A stretch of DNA of 27,673 nt, taken from positions 1 through 27,673 of the IMG/VR virus record IMGVR_UViG_3300016467_000254; one strand, written 5' to 3'. Shown piece by piece: positions 13,554-23,341 of this stretch (its first letter is position 1; every line of letters begins with the position of its first letter). Source of the DNA: a virus. Taxonomy: Duplodnaviria; Caudoviricetes. The notes beneath the pieces are model-generated. The model did not search any database and was not told the DNA's origin. It worked only from the letters and a program-made list of their open reading frames with translations. The translations under genes were made by a program, and so were the position numbers.

Positions 13554-15581
13554 TTATTTAAATATATATGAAAATTCGTCCGTTGTTCCTGTCTGAGTGC
13601 CGTCGCTGCCACCTGTCAATATCACCTCTTGAAATACCGCCCTAAAATTGCCCGACATTAAATCTTCTTCCACACTTGGCACCAAGATGAATGTCCTTGT
13701 CGGTGAAATATCGCTAAACAAATAACGCTTCGCCAAATCTAATGGCGCATTTGTACCATTGGTAAAATCGCCCTCTATCTTCCAAAATCTACGATAGGAC
13801 TGGTTGTATTTGCCGTAATTTATAAGCTGCTTCCAGTTCAATATTTCCGTGTTGGGATAACGGAAGAAAGAAGTGGTAATAAGATACCTTACGGATGAAA
13901 TAGTGCAAAATAAAGAGCCTTTAATTATCTTCTTAGGGCTGTCAGATATTCGCACTGTGTTGCTGTAAACATCGGGCAAATTATTGCTTTGCGCATTGGT
14001 GTGCTTGTCACCTGCCAAGTTGAAGATAGAACCGCGGTTGTTTAGCTGAAGGTCAATTTTAATATCTTTTAAGTACATTTCATTACCACTAACGGAACTA
14101 TTGTTACCGCGCGAAATAAGTAAATAAGCAGTACCTGATTCTCTTACTGCATTGCTATCAACGCTGACTGTTTTCCACTCATTGGTAGCTTCAGGATAAA
14201 TAAAGTTTGCAAATGCTCCGTTTGGATTATTTTGCCAGCTTCCGTTACTATCTAAACAATACCAATCTGTTGTACTTGACCCGCTTGCGCCATCTTTCAA
14301 TATCAGTAAGAAAGCCGACCTAATGGGTGCCGTGATGTTGTAAGTACTTCCGCTTGTTTCGTCGTACTTCATTTTGAAGGTTACGGAAATATTTATCTTA
14401 TCTCCATTGTCTACAAAGAAATCATTGTTGTTGTTTCGAATGTAGTTGGCTTGATTGGTGCCAGTTGCAGTGGTGTCAATCGGAACCACATAATAGCGAT
14501 CGGTCATATTACCGAATCCATCTACAATCTGCTTAATATAAGCGTAAACGCTTGACGTACTTTGTGAGGTTGGTGAACCTTTGTAATGCGTCCAACCAAC
14601 TAAATCGTAACCATTAACGCCTCCATTGAACGCACCAAGATATTGCAAGGCTTGGTTGTTTACCAAATCAGTAGGAACGCTGTAGTCAAACTGATTCACC
14701 ACCTGCCTATTAGCGAATAAGCTACTGATATTTTGGCTTTCATTGATTGGATAAATACTTTGTGCCTTCCCAACATTGCTGCCCGTAATAGTGGCCGTAT
14801 TGCCCGTTGACACTACTCCTGCAACGGTGTAGTCGACGTAGTACCAACTACCTGGAAGATATTGCCTTTCAGCAAGTGTCACAATTTGCCATTTGCCATT
14901 GTGCTGGATTACGTGCGCCCAACCTTGCAAAATAACCTTTAAAGCATCGTAGCAATTTTCGTACTCCCCTGGATTCTTTAACAGCGTCCTTGCGTGTATT
15001 TCAGCTTGATTAAATAGGTCGTAGGTAAGCGCATCGCCTTTATCTTGCATCGAGTTCCAAAAGTAGCCGCAATAGGCTCTAATGGGTAGCTCAAGCTCTG
15101 TTTTGCGTAATGCTCCAGCTATATAGTCAATAAGTAGGTTAAAGTTTGTAAATTCGTCACCGTTGACGTCAACAAGCTCATAACCCTTCAAAAGTCCAAT
15201 GCCATCAGTGGCTGTAATGTTAATTTCATAAGGTTTATCCTGAAACGGTGCGCTACCTTCGTCTGGTGTAATAAAGCCAACAAACCAAGTATAGCCGTTG
15301 CTGATTACCTCTACCTTCCATTCATTGTAAGCCGATGTAATAAATGTTTCCCACGTGATGGCGTCGGTTTCCTCAGTCCATAGCGACAATTGCAGCTCTT
15401 TGCTCAATATAGTTGCATAGCTGTCCTGTTCGTCCGAGATAGTCGAAACTTGGCACTTAGTAACCTTGTAGCTGTAAGTTGTGGTTGGGATAACGTCCGG
15501 ATCAAGCTGGTAAATATTTACTTCAATCAGTTGACCTTGTTCGTTGGTAAAATCGGCCGTGTATGTTAGGTAGTAAGCCAT
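13554..15581 (-). CDS. Tail tip/hub protein
   Basis: 675 aa immediately after the tape measure; WF.GFI.PD and I.ATDGIGLLK motifs. Confidence 0.7.
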   Translation of the reverse strand: MAYYLTYTADFTNEQGQLIEVNIYQLDPDVIPTTTYSYKVTKCQVSTISDEQDSYATILSKELQLSLWTEETDAITWETFITSAYNEWKVEVISNGYTWFVGFITPDEGSAPFQDKPYEINITATDGIGLLKGYELVDVNGDEFTNFNLLIDYIAGALRKTELELPIRAYCGYFWNSMQDKGDALTYDLFNQAEIHARTLLKNPGEYENCYDALKVILQGWAHVIQHNGKWQIVTLAERQYLPGSWYYVDYTVAGVVSTGNTATITGSNVGKAQSIYPINESQNISSLFANRQVVNQFDYSVPTDLVNNQALQYLGAFNGGVNGYDLVGWTHYKGSPTSQSTSSVYAYIKQIVDGFGNMTDRYYVVPIDTTATGTNQANYIRNNNNDFFVDNGDKINISVTFKMKYDETSGSTYNITAPIRSAFLLILKDGASGSSTTDWYCLDSNGSWQNNPNGAFANFIYPEATNEWKTVSVDSNAVRESGTAYLLISRGNNSSVSGNEMYLKDIKIDLQLNNRGSIFNLAGDKHTNAQSNNLPDVYSNTVRISDSPKKIIKGSLFCTISSVRYLITTSFFRYPNTEILNWKQLINYGKYNQSYRRFWKIEGDFTNGTNAPLDLAKRYLFSDISPTRTFILVPSVEEDLMSGNFRAVFQEVILTGGSDGTQTGTTDEFSYIFK

Positions 15582-17245
15582 TATACAAATCTGCTCCTCC
15601 GTGCGCTTGTTCGTTGCTGTTGAAGGTAAATGTTTTCACCGCTCAAAACTCCTGTTACAAAGATATTTTGATTGCCGCCAATCATGCTGTCCAGCTTATG
15701 CAATGGAATAACCGCCTCAGGGCCTGCCTCACCAATCAATGCCCTTGTAGGGCCGCTGACAATGCCACCGTCGGCAAACTTTAGGCCTGATAGTTGGCCG
15801 AATAAGGCCTTAAATCCTGCTGTAAAATTAGCCGTTTGCGCACCTGCACCAGCTCCAAAGTTCATGCCTCCTGTTGCCGCTCCAATAATAACGGCCAAGA
15901 TTGCCGCTGTAACTGCCGCAGCAATAAGTTTCTTTATGATTCCTGCAATGGCTTGCCCAAATGCTTGAAATGCTGTTTGTGATCCGCTTAAAATATCATC
16001 AAATAATTGAGTAAACGCTGGCCCTAATGTGCCTGAAATAGATTCTCCTATCTTATTAAATGTTTCAGCTACTTTTTGACCACCTTCTTGTAATGCTGTT
16101 ATTTGATCTAATACTGCATTGCTACCCTTTCCAAATAACTTGGTTATATCACCAAGCTTATCACTCTTAATATCAACTGTTAAGCCTTTAAGAGTTATTT
16201 TTTCACTTGCAATTTTTACACGTTCTAATCTTGCAAGCCTTTCATTTTCAATCCTCTTTAATTCTTCAGCTCTTTTTCTTTCAGCTTCAGAAAGTTCGTT
16301 AGTTGATGTTTTATTATTTGTATTTAGAACTTTATTATTTGCTAAGGTTTGTTCTAATTTCTCAACTTCTTTTCTGTAAGAGGCAGTTATTTTTTCACCT
16401 TCTTGTATTGCTTTAAATTGATTAACAGTACCTATTGCGGCATTCTTTGCTGAGGTTAAAACTGTATTTCCAAGTGATGTGAAGGTATTTTTTAATTGAT
16501 CAAGTGCAGTCACTGATTCACTTGTTGCCGCCACTCTGAGCTGTTCAGTTTCGAGTGTTTTATCATCAATTAATTTATTGAGTGCCTTTATCCTGCCAAG
16601 TGTAATTAAGGTCTTTGCAAGCTCATCATAATTAGCTTTAATATCTCCAATGGTTATTTTTTCCTTGTCAAGATTTGGAAGATACTTAGAATACTCTTCA
16701 GTGATTTTTTTCATGATTTCTTTACGACCAGTTTCAGTCGTATTGACATCATCATAAATTTTAATCAATGAATTTAAATCACCTATTTGCGCTTTTGCAC
16801 CCGCATCAGTTTTAGCAAATTCTTCATTTAATTTTCTTTGTGCAAGTGCAGCGGCATCGGTGTTTCCAAATAATTCTTCAAGTGCCGCACTCAAGCTCCC
16901 ATACTTTTGAATGGCCGTTGTAACCAAAGCGGAAACCACGCTAAATCCAACAGCTATGCCAGTAGGGCCAGCAAGCGATGACGCTAAAGCCTTCAACGCT
17001 CCACCTGCACTGCCAGTTTCTTTTTGTAAAGCACCAAAAGAGCCAATCAATGGCTCTAAGTTATTCTGAATCGCAATAAACCCAAAAGGAGCATCGCTTG
17101 CCACCCGTGAGAGGTTGGTAAGTGCGTATTGAGCGGAACCGCTTGCTTTCTTGACATCGTTAAGAGCGGCTGTTGCTTTGGAAGTACTCTTTTGTAGTCC
17201 ATCCGCGTTGCCGGTTATTAATATTTCAATTTGCTGTTCAGCCAT
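15581..17245 (-). CDS. Tape measure protein
   Basis: Ala/Gly-rich helical; DAPFGF.AI.NN and FADGGIV.GPT.ALIGEAGPEAVIPL motifs; follows the chaperone genes. Confidence 0.9.
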   Translation of the reverse strand: MAEQQIEILITGNADGLQKSTSKATAALNDVKKASGSAQYALTNLSRVASDAPFGFIAIQNNLEPLIGSFGALQKETGSAGGALKALASSLAGPTGIAVGFSVVSALVTTAIQKYGSLSAALEELFGNTDAAALAQRKLNEEFAKTDAGAKAQIGDLNSLIKIYDDVNTTETGRKEIMKKITEEYSKYLPNLDKEKITIGDIKANYDELAKTLITLGRIKALNKLIDDKTLETEQLRVAATSESVTALDQLKNTFTSLGNTVLTSAKNAAIGTVNQFKAIQEGEKITASYRKEVEKLEQTLANNKVLNTNNKTSTNELSEAERKRAEELKRIENERLARLERVKIASEKITLKGLTVDIKSDKLGDITKLFGKGSNAVLDQITALQEGGQKVAETFNKIGESISGTLGPAFTQLFDDILSGSQTAFQAFGQAIAGIIKKLIAAAVTAAILAVIIGAATGGMNFGAGAGAQTANFTAGFKALFGQLSGLKFADGGIVSGPTRALIGEAGPEAVIPLHKLDSMIGGNQNIFVTGVLSGENIYLQQQRTSARRSRFV

Positions 17246-17577
17246 CTCTTAAACCTGCTTTAATTTCTAATTGTTTGCGGTTTTCATACCATGCTTTTAA
17301 CTCTTCGCCTTTCAAATCTTTTAGCCTTTTCGGATCGCCTGGAAGTTCTAACAAATCGCTCATCTTGGTTCCTTTTTTCAAGTACCCAACAGCTGAATAA
17401 TACGCCACAAATCTCGCCCTATGCCATTCGGATAATTCACGTTGCTGGTAACCTTTGCGACGTGCTGCAAAATCATCCATGCTGTACAAATCAAGCTCCC
17501 AAGGGTGCAACCCCATTTCACCGTATGCCTCAGCTGTTAAATCAGTCCAAGTGTACGGCTTACTGTTGCTGTGTGTC
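17238..17577 (-). CDS. Tail assembly chaperone C-terminal (gpT-like) reading frame, probably reached by frameshift
   Basis: TW.DL...AYGEMGL.P.E...YS pattern between the chaperone and TMP; first ATG only at 17516; 5' end uncertain. Confidence 0.6.
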
Positions 17578-17901
17578 AGCCTTACCGGTTGCCTCCACCG
17601 AAAAAGCAGCTGCAAAAGCTGTGGTCACGCTAGTAGCTTGTTCCATGCTTAATTCTGAAATCCAGTCTGTAAGTTCAGCATCCGTAAAGTCAATCTGTTT
17701 CTTCATGCTTAAATAATTGCTCATAAGAGCGGCATGAATAATTACCTTGACATACTTAAACTGCTCACCGACGTTGGAAGCACCCGCCATAAGTAACGGG
17801 TCGCTCCCAGTCAGCTCACCTATAAACCGAAGTGTACCAAAATTAAATTTTAGGCCTCGTTCTTGCCCTCCGAGGAAAAGGGTCATGTAAGTCTTATTCA
17901 T
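17560..17901 (-). CDS. Tail assembly chaperone (gpG-like)
   Basis: Lies between tail tube and TMP; LGG.ER.LKFNFG motif. Confidence 0.75.
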   Translation of the reverse strand: MNKTYMTLFLGGQERGLKFNFGTLRFIGELTGSDPLLMAGASNVGEQFKYVKVIIHAALMSNYLSMKKQIDFTDAELTDWISELSMEQATSVTTAFAAAFSVEATGKADTQQQ

Positions 17902-17912
17902 CGTCGTTGTTT

Positions 17913-18353
17913 TTAAACAGTAGTATCAATTGTGCCGCTGAAGTTGAAGGTAGCGGTGAACTTTACCAAATCACCCTCAGCACTTGTAACCTGAGCGCTG
18001 GAAAAATAGCCAGTGCCAGCGGCATAAACTGCAGTACCTGCACTAACGGAACCGCTCACGGCATTCTGATATTTGGCGTAAAGTTTGGTTTTGTTTACTA
18101 CCCAGCCAGCAATATCGTTGTAGCTGTATTCTGAACCGCCAAGAGAAGCGTTAACCACGCCACTCACGTTGATGGTGCCTTCAGGAGTATCAACGGCCGT
18201 GAAGCTACCGCATTTGGTTTTTGTTACGTTCACGTTTGCCGAAAGGTTCAAATCGCTTGAATCTTCGCAAGTGATAGTTTTAAGGCCGGTAGCGCCTGTA
18301 GTATCTGTGCTGATTTGCAGGGTAACTATTGACCCTAAAATTTCTGTTGCCAT
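17913..18353 (-). CDS. Major tail tube protein
   Basis: 146 aa, beta-rich, TKC motif, C-terminal VKFTATF.FSG; synteny. Confidence 0.8.
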   Translation of the reverse strand: MATEILGSIVTLQISTDTTGATGLKTITCEDSSDLNLSANVNVTKTKCGSFTAVDTPEGTINVSGVVNASLGGSEYSYNDIAGWVVNKTKLYAKYQNAVSGSVSAGTAVYAAGTGYFSSAQVTSAEGDLVKFTATFNFSGTIDTTV

Positions 18354-18362
18354 GTTTGTAGA

Positions 18363-18638
18363 TTATAAAATTGGTTCTTTAAAATTACGATAAACTATCT
18401 CTCCATATGCAATTTTACCGCTTAACACTGCATAAGCCTGAAATTCCCAAACACCACTCTGATTAATATCACCGCTCAACACCGAATAAATCAAATATTG
18501 AGTTGATGGTGTTGCCGTCCAATATCCTGTATCTCCGTTGGGCTTCTTATACAATATCCTTGCAGTTGTGGCACCTGTAACGGTAGTCCCGCAGTCCAAG
18601 GTTATTGTTATGAGTGTTTGTTTATTAAATAAGCTCAT
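18363..18638 (-). CDS. Small Ig-like (BppU N-terminal-like) virion protein
   Basis: ILYKKP.G..G.W.A and GDINQSG.W.FQA motifs. Confidence 0.65.
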   Translation of the reverse strand: MSLFNKQTLITITLDCGTTVTGATTARILYKKPNGDTGYWTATPSTQYLIYSVLSGDINQSGVWEFQAYAVLSGKIAYGEIVYRNFKEPIL

Positions 18639-18883
18639 CCTATTATATTTGTATCAAATGTTGATGGCCATCCAATGCCCCTCAAATCTAGCTTGCTCTT
18701 ATCTTCCAAATTGGGTGCCACAATAGACTTCCACGCCAATAGCTTGTAATCATGCACCCCAATATTGAACGTTTGCATATTGACGTTGTAAATGCACGTG
18801 TCAATAGTCAGAACAAGCACCCCAGTTGCGCCTGGAAGCGCAGATAATGGAGTGGCTGATATGGGTGTAAAACCTAACGTCAT
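18635..18883 (-). CDS. Hypothetical virion-associated protein
   Basis: LGFTPISATPLS N-terminus; ATGA overlaps on both sides. Confidence 0.65.
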   Translation of the reverse strand: MTLGFTPISATPLSALPGATGVLVLTIDTCIYNVNMQTFNIGVHDYKLLAWKSIVAPNLEDKSKLDLRGIGWPSTFDTNIIG

Positions 18884-19311
18884 TGAATCACTCTATTTCT
18901 AAATATCAATGTTTTTTTTATTTCAAAACCTCGCTGTGTTTGGATGGCAATATCATCCACCGTATTAATCAAGCGTGCATACGACAACTTGTAAGGATTA
19001 TCTATAGTTAGGCCGTTGGTTGATACCGTTGGACAAACGATGTCCATAATTTGGCTCGCAATTGCTTCAAGTATGGTCTTACTTGTTGCGCTTCGCTGGA
19101 TTGAAACGATTTGTAAATTTATGTCACACTCACCACCAAAATAAGACTTTGTATTGCTGCTTGTCATGTTTTGAGTAGTAACCCTTACATAATAAAGCTT
19201 ATCAGTTTCAACCTTGTCATCCACAATGGCAACTTCATCCACGCCATAAAGTACGTTTCCTTCAAGTGCGTTGATGTATGCTGCTCGTAGTGATGTGCCG
19301 AAATCTAACAT
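18880..19311 (-). CDS. Tail terminator/completion protein
   Basis: Size and synteny in the head-tail joining cluster. Confidence 0.65.
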   Translation of the reverse strand: MLDFGTSLRAAYINALEGNVLYGVDEVAIVDDKVETDKLYYVRVTTQNMTSSNTKSYFGGECDINLQIVSIQRSATSKTILEAIASQIMDIVCPTVSTNGLTIDNPYKLSYARLINTVDDIAIQTQRGFEIKKTLIFRNRVIQ

Positions 19312-19835
19312 TATGGTTGTATATTTTTAAGGCCTTGTTGTAATGCTGCAATGTACCTTTCTTTTATTATTTGTAGCCTGTTTTGGCCGTTTTTTGTTGT
19401 AAAGAAAAAAGGATGCGGTTTAACACCGTTTTTCATAATACTCCACCAAACTGATTTCCAATCTTGAATGCCTTTTTTATCTGCCCATGTTTTTATCGCC
19501 ACTTTGCTATCCGTTTGCACTGGAGCTGGCCCTCTGTACTTTGCTGCGTAATCGTTGGCTACCCATGATGGAATATGAACCTTCCTTTTTGTTCCGAACT
19601 CCATATAGGCGGCATAAAATGTTTTGGCTGTAAAAGTTAGCCTTAATTCTTGTTGGTCAAAATCAATTGCATTTTTCAATCTTGCATCAACACCAACAGG
19701 CGCATCCGCTTGCATCTCACTTTTTATTTTGTTCGCCATATCTCTTATCTCAATTGCCATATAGGCTTTTGAGTTCTGATTCAACGAACCAAAATAACGC
19801 TCTACCTCTTTAATATTTTTAATTACGATGTTCAA
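19311..19835 (-). CDS. HK97 gp10-like tail completion/neck protein; probable TTG start at 19835
   Basis: DAPV...RLKNAI, YAAYMEFGT and GVKPHPFF motifs; TTGA overlap with the upstream stop. Confidence 0.8.
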   Translation of the reverse strand: MNIVIKNIKEVERYFGSLNQNSKAYMAIEIRDMANKIKSEMQADAPVGVDARLKNAIDFDQQELRLTFTAKTFYAAYMEFGTKRKVHIPSWVANDYAAKYRGPAPVQTDSKVAIKTWADKKGIQDWKSVWWSIMKNGVKPHPFFFTTKNGQNRLQIIKERYIAALQQGLKNIQP

Positions 19836-20164
19836 GAAACTTTTGTTAGTTGAAACGTGTAAAATCTCCGATCCTCTTTCTGTCTCCAAAAGTTTACTAT
19901 TTCATAGTTGGCATTGTCAATTAGTACCAACGTATCCTTCGTAATGTTATCCTCTAAGGCAGTTTTGTAAAAGCAAACAAAATCATAGTTATCCGCCATC
20001 AAGTCCTTGCCGTCAACAAGCACCCGACTTCCACCCGTGCGCTCAAGGCTTCCCCTGGTGGTGCAAAACGTCGTGAAAGATTCCAAGTTTCCCCCTGCAT
20101 TATCAGATGTTTTCGTTGGATTCTTAAACGTTGCTATATGCCAAAAGTCACCTAAGCGAGCCAT
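19832..20164 (-). CDS. Head closure (head-tail adaptor) protein
   Basis: G.F...A.F..P...D..GG pattern of SPP1 gp16-like proteins; synteny. Confidence 0.75.
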   Translation of the reverse strand: MARLGDFWHIATFKNPTKTSDNAGGNLESFTTFCTTRGSLERTGGSRVLVDGKDLMADNYDFVCFYKTALEDNITKDTLVLIDNANYEIVNFWRQKEDRRFYTFQLTKVS

Positions 20165-20709
20165 GATTTCATATTAAATTGAGCCAATAAATTGCGCGCT
20201 TGCGCGGAGCAAATGCCTGTTTCATTGCTGTCACCTCTGTTACTATACCTCCAAACCACCTCTTCAATGATGGCTTGCTTCAATGACTTAGGCACCTTCA
20301 ATCCTAAAGCCGCATATCCAGCCGTGTATGTAAACTTGATGAAATCGTATAACGGACTTACTACATAAGGGTAACGGCCTCCTTTAAGCGTGTAGCTCGT
20401 TACGGCATCGCCATCGGCATCAACCACCGCAGTAATGGCATCCACAGGCCCCGCTGGTAGCGCAACATTTCCGCATTCATTCCGTACTTCTGCCTCAATG
20501 GACTTTTCAAGGATGGATATATTACAATGCCTCTCCACCGCCTCACGGCAATTAGCAATAAGCATCGCAATAAAAGTATCATCGTCGTTAAAGTCGTAAT
20601 CCTGCGTAGTATCAAACTTCATGTTTAGCTGAAATTTGACCTCATCCACGCTAACAGGTTCAGGGCCGGTTTCTGAAATGATGAAATATTGACTATCGTT
20701 GTACAGCAT
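20152..20709 (-). CDS. Head-tail connector (gp6-like)
   Basis: EPVSVDEVK..L, DD..I..LI...RE..E, YTAGY and P..LKQAI...V...Y.NRG motifs. Confidence 0.85.
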   Translation of the reverse strand: MLYNDSQYFIISETGPEPVSVDEVKFQLNMKFDTTQDYDFNDDDTFIAMLIANCREAVERHCNISILEKSIEAEVRNECGNVALPAGPVDAITAVVDADGDAVTSYTLKGGRYPYVVSPLYDFIKFTYTAGYAALGLKVPKSLKQAIIEEVVWRYSNRGDSNETGICSAQARNLLAQFNMKSWLA

Positions 20710-20915
20710 TACTTTAATTTTCTTTTGCGTTCAGGCTTTAGCACTTGGGCTTTATTTTCACTGGTTTCTTCGCCATGTGGTTCAATTTTATTCTTTTCTA
20801 TTAATTCAGTGTATCGATCCGCACTAAATTCAACCACCTCACCAATATTATAATATTTACGGGTAATCTTATCGATAAATGCGGAAATTATTTTTGCTTT
20901 CATATATGTTTCCAA
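20709..20915 (-). CDS. Small protein following capsid gene
   Basis: F.DK....Y..GE.V.....R..ELI pattern typical of post-capsid small proteins; basic tail. Confidence 0.7.
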   Translation of the reverse strand: METYMKAKIISAFIDKITRKYYNIGEVVEFSADRYTELIEKNKIEPHGEETSENKAQVLKPERKRKLK

Positions 20916-21397
20916 AGTTTTCGTGTAATTACTTTTTCTATCGTTGTTTTTTTAACTCCAAATAACTCAGCAAGCTCTTTTCTTTTATAGTTACCTGAAG
21001 CAAATTTTTGCCTAATATCTTTTACTTTTTCTTCATTCAATTGAGCCATTGGATGGTTTTCTCCTTTATTGCTTTGTATTCCTATTTCAAAGCTATGTTT
21101 GCTATTTTCTGATTTTGTTACCCATTCAAGATTAGAAATATCATTATTTGCTTTATTCCCATCTTTATGATTTACAAAATCTTTACCATCAACTTTAGGC
21201 AAAAATGCTTCAGCTACAAGTCTATGAACATAGACTACAGTTCTTTTTTTATTCTTTGTTAGTCCTATTAACCTATAACCATCTCTATGATGCCAATCTT
21301 TTTTAAACTTATTTCTGATTAAGCTAAAAACTGACCCGTCTGAATTAATCTCATAAAGATTTTCGTAACCTGCAATTTGTTTAGAAGAAGGATTCAT
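20900..21397 (-). CDS. NUMOD4-HNH homing endonuclease with C-terminal HTH
   Basis: IAGYENLYEIN..G.V.S (NUMOD4), VHRLVAEAF...VNHKDGNKANN...NLEWVT..EN (HNH) and ELAELFGV (HTH); AT-rich. Confidence 0.92.
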   Translation of the reverse strand: MNPSSKQIAGYENLYEINSDGSVFSLIRNKFKKDWHHRDGYRLIGLTKNKKRTVVYVHRLVAEAFLPKVDGKDFVNHKDGNKANNDISNLEWVTKSENSKHSFEIGIQSNKGENHPMAQLNEEKVKDIRQKFASGNYKRKELAELFGVKKTTIEKVITRKLWKHI

Positions 21398-21433
21398 ATA
21401 AATGTATTTCTACAAATATACGAATCCTTTTCT
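21384..21433 (-). promoter_or_regulatory. Promoter -7 element (TATATTTG) within a start-codon-occluding hairpin
   Basis: 13-bp stem 21417-21429/21388-21400 containing the AUG, capped by UGUA-GAAA-UACA; TATATTTG at 21413-21420. Confidence 0.75.
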
Positions 21434-21470
21434 TATTTGCGTATCTTGTTTATCATTTAAATAAAACTAA

Positions 21471-22586
21471 CTACGCAATATTCCCGAGGTCGCTGTAGAT
21501 AGCGGAGGCAGGGAACATCAAATTCACCTCTTCCAAACACTCGATACGAGCGGTGATAAGGTTCTTCTGTACGTTGTCAGAATCTTGCTCAAAGAACTCA
21601 ATCATCAAGCCTTCGGCCTCAACGCGCTCAATGAAGTTGTTGTCGAGAATCAAAACCTTGTCATCAGTTACCCAAGGAGCTGCGATAATAGGCACACCGC
21701 TGATAGTCATGCTACCATTGGGAGCAGTAACCACACCACCTGATCCGCTATAGTATCCATTGGTATAAGTCAGCTTATTCAGACGGCCCAATTGTGCAGG
21801 GTTTACCAAAGCGTAGGAAGCGTCAAACAATGCGCTGCGTTGGTTGGCGATGTAGTCAATCAACTGCTTCACGTCATCAGTTTCAGCGGTGGTTGTAGAA
21901 CCAGTGGCAGCACCTGAAACGGTGGTGAAGAATGCGCTGTTCTCAGCCTTGTAAAACTCACGCAACAACATGGTTGGGAGTGTTTGCTGGAAGAAAGGCA
22001 ATGACTTAGCCAATTGCTTGCTAAAGCGAGCAAAACCAGATACATACTTTGTAACGGTCTTAACTTCAGTCAAATCAAAATCAATCTGAGTTTTTGCGCT
22101 ACCTTCAGTTTGTGCGCTGATTGAACCTTCACCGGCACTCTCCCTGTAATAAGCTTGCACAAGGGTAGAGCTGTTAGAGGTGCGGATAAGGTCACGGAAA
22201 TTGGGCATTTGCGATGGCAGAATGGCGTTAGTGCCATAGTTAACCACGCTGTCACCGGTCAGGTTGTTAGCAATGGTCATGTTGGCAACAGCTTTCAATT
22301 CCATTTTGTAACGGCCACCACCACGGGAAAGCGATTTGCTAAGATCAGCCCACTCTTCTTTAACTTGGTCCGCGAAAACTTGACCAAAAGATTTCTTAGA
22401 CTGAGCAACTTGAGCCTGCACGGCATTGGCGGCAATCAAGGTGTCCAGAGCCTTCTGATTTTTGTCGGCCTCGTCACGCAATACATTAACAGAAGATTTA
22501 ACTTCATTAAGGCCAGCTTCAAAAGCGGCTGCCTTTTCGTTGAAGCCTTTAACGCCTGCTTCGATGGCTTTCAATTCTTGTTCCAT
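21471..22586 (-). CDS. Major capsid protein (HK97 fold)
   Basis: 371 aa with N-terminal coiled-coil delta domain; EG.AK, GVPII and KNLITARIE motifs. Confidence 0.92.
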   Translation of the reverse strand: MEQELKAIEAGVKGFNEKAAAFEAGLNEVKSSVNVLRDEADKNQKALDTLIAANAVQAQVAQSKKSFGQVFADQVKEEWADLSKSLSRGGGRYKMELKAVANMTIANNLTGDSVVNYGTNAILPSQMPNFRDLIRTSNSSTLVQAYYRESAGEGSISAQTEGSAKTQIDFDLTEVKTVTKYVSGFARFSKQLAKSLPFFQQTLPTMLLREFYKAENSAFFTTVSGAATGSTTTAETDDVKQLIDYIANQRSALFDASYALVNPAQLGRLNKLTYTNGYYSGSGGVVTAPNGSMTISGVPIIAAPWVTDDKVLILDNNFIERVEAEGLMIEFFEQDSDNVQKNLITARIECLEEVNLMFPASAIYSDLGNIA

Positions 22587-22591
22587 TTGTC

Positions 22592-23341
22592 TTAATTAAA
22601 AAGTTTTAGGATGTTATCAATCAATTGCATTTCCTTCGCGTTGTCCGGTACAATGGCGGCAGCCGGTTGTATGGTTTCGTTTGTGCTTTGGATTGCTGCA
22701 AATAAATTCTTTATACGTTCGTTGAGCATTTGTAACCTCATTTCAAGAAGTTCACCCCCCTCGTCGCTGATATTTCCGTTTCTCAGCGTTTTGGTGCATA
22801 ACTCAAGGTCTTTGTTAAGCTTGTCCAGTTCGCTGTCGGCCTCCTCTTTAGTTATGGACTTTCCAGCGGATAAAGTAGGCGTATTGGGATTTGCTCCCCA
22901 CAAAACAGCGGAGCCTTCGTACAGCATCACCTCTTTAATTAGGTTGTAATCTGCATCCTTTGCCTGCTCTTCCTTAATAGTCCTGAATCCGATGGAATGC
23001 TCAGTTATATGGCCTGTCTTGTAAAACTCAAGCACATCATTACCCCAAGTGGTGTTTGGAATATTGGTAATGCCCACCAAATAATCTCCCTCAGTGTAAA
23101 GGTCGCTGAACTTGCCTACAGCTGATTTGAGGCTTGGGTTATGGTCTGTAAGGTGCCAAATTTGATTCTTAGCCTTTGGCCCGCGTTCGCTCAGTGTTTT
23201 GGTGTATGCACCGTGATCGATAACGTCACCGTCAAAGTCCTTGCTACCCATTTGCGAAATGGCAACCTTTACCCTGCGGTCATTCTCTGATACATCCAAA
23301 ATACCGCCTTGAATACTTTTAATATTAAAGAAGTTCTTCAT
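22592..23341 (-). CDS. HK97-type prohead protease
   Basis: D.DGDVI..GAY.KT, DH, SIGF and LYEGSAV.WGAN motifs. Confidence 0.92.
   Translation of the reverse strand: MKNFFNIKSIQGGILDVSENDRRVKVAISQMGSKDFDGDVIDHGAYTKTLSERGPKAKNQIWHLTDHNPSLKSAVGKFSDLYTEGDYLVGITNIPNTTWGNDVLEFYKTGHITEHSIGFRTIKEEQAKDADYNLIKEVMLYEGSAVLWGANPNTPTLSAGKSITKEEADSELDKLNKDLELCTKTLRNGNISDEGGELLEMRLQMLNERIKNLFAAIQSTNETIQPAAAIVPDNAKEMQLIDNILKLFN

Noticed and set aside
20900-21470. Group I intron carrying the HNH
   Set aside because: Flanking genes are intact and uninterrupted, and the non-coding space is too short for an intron core.
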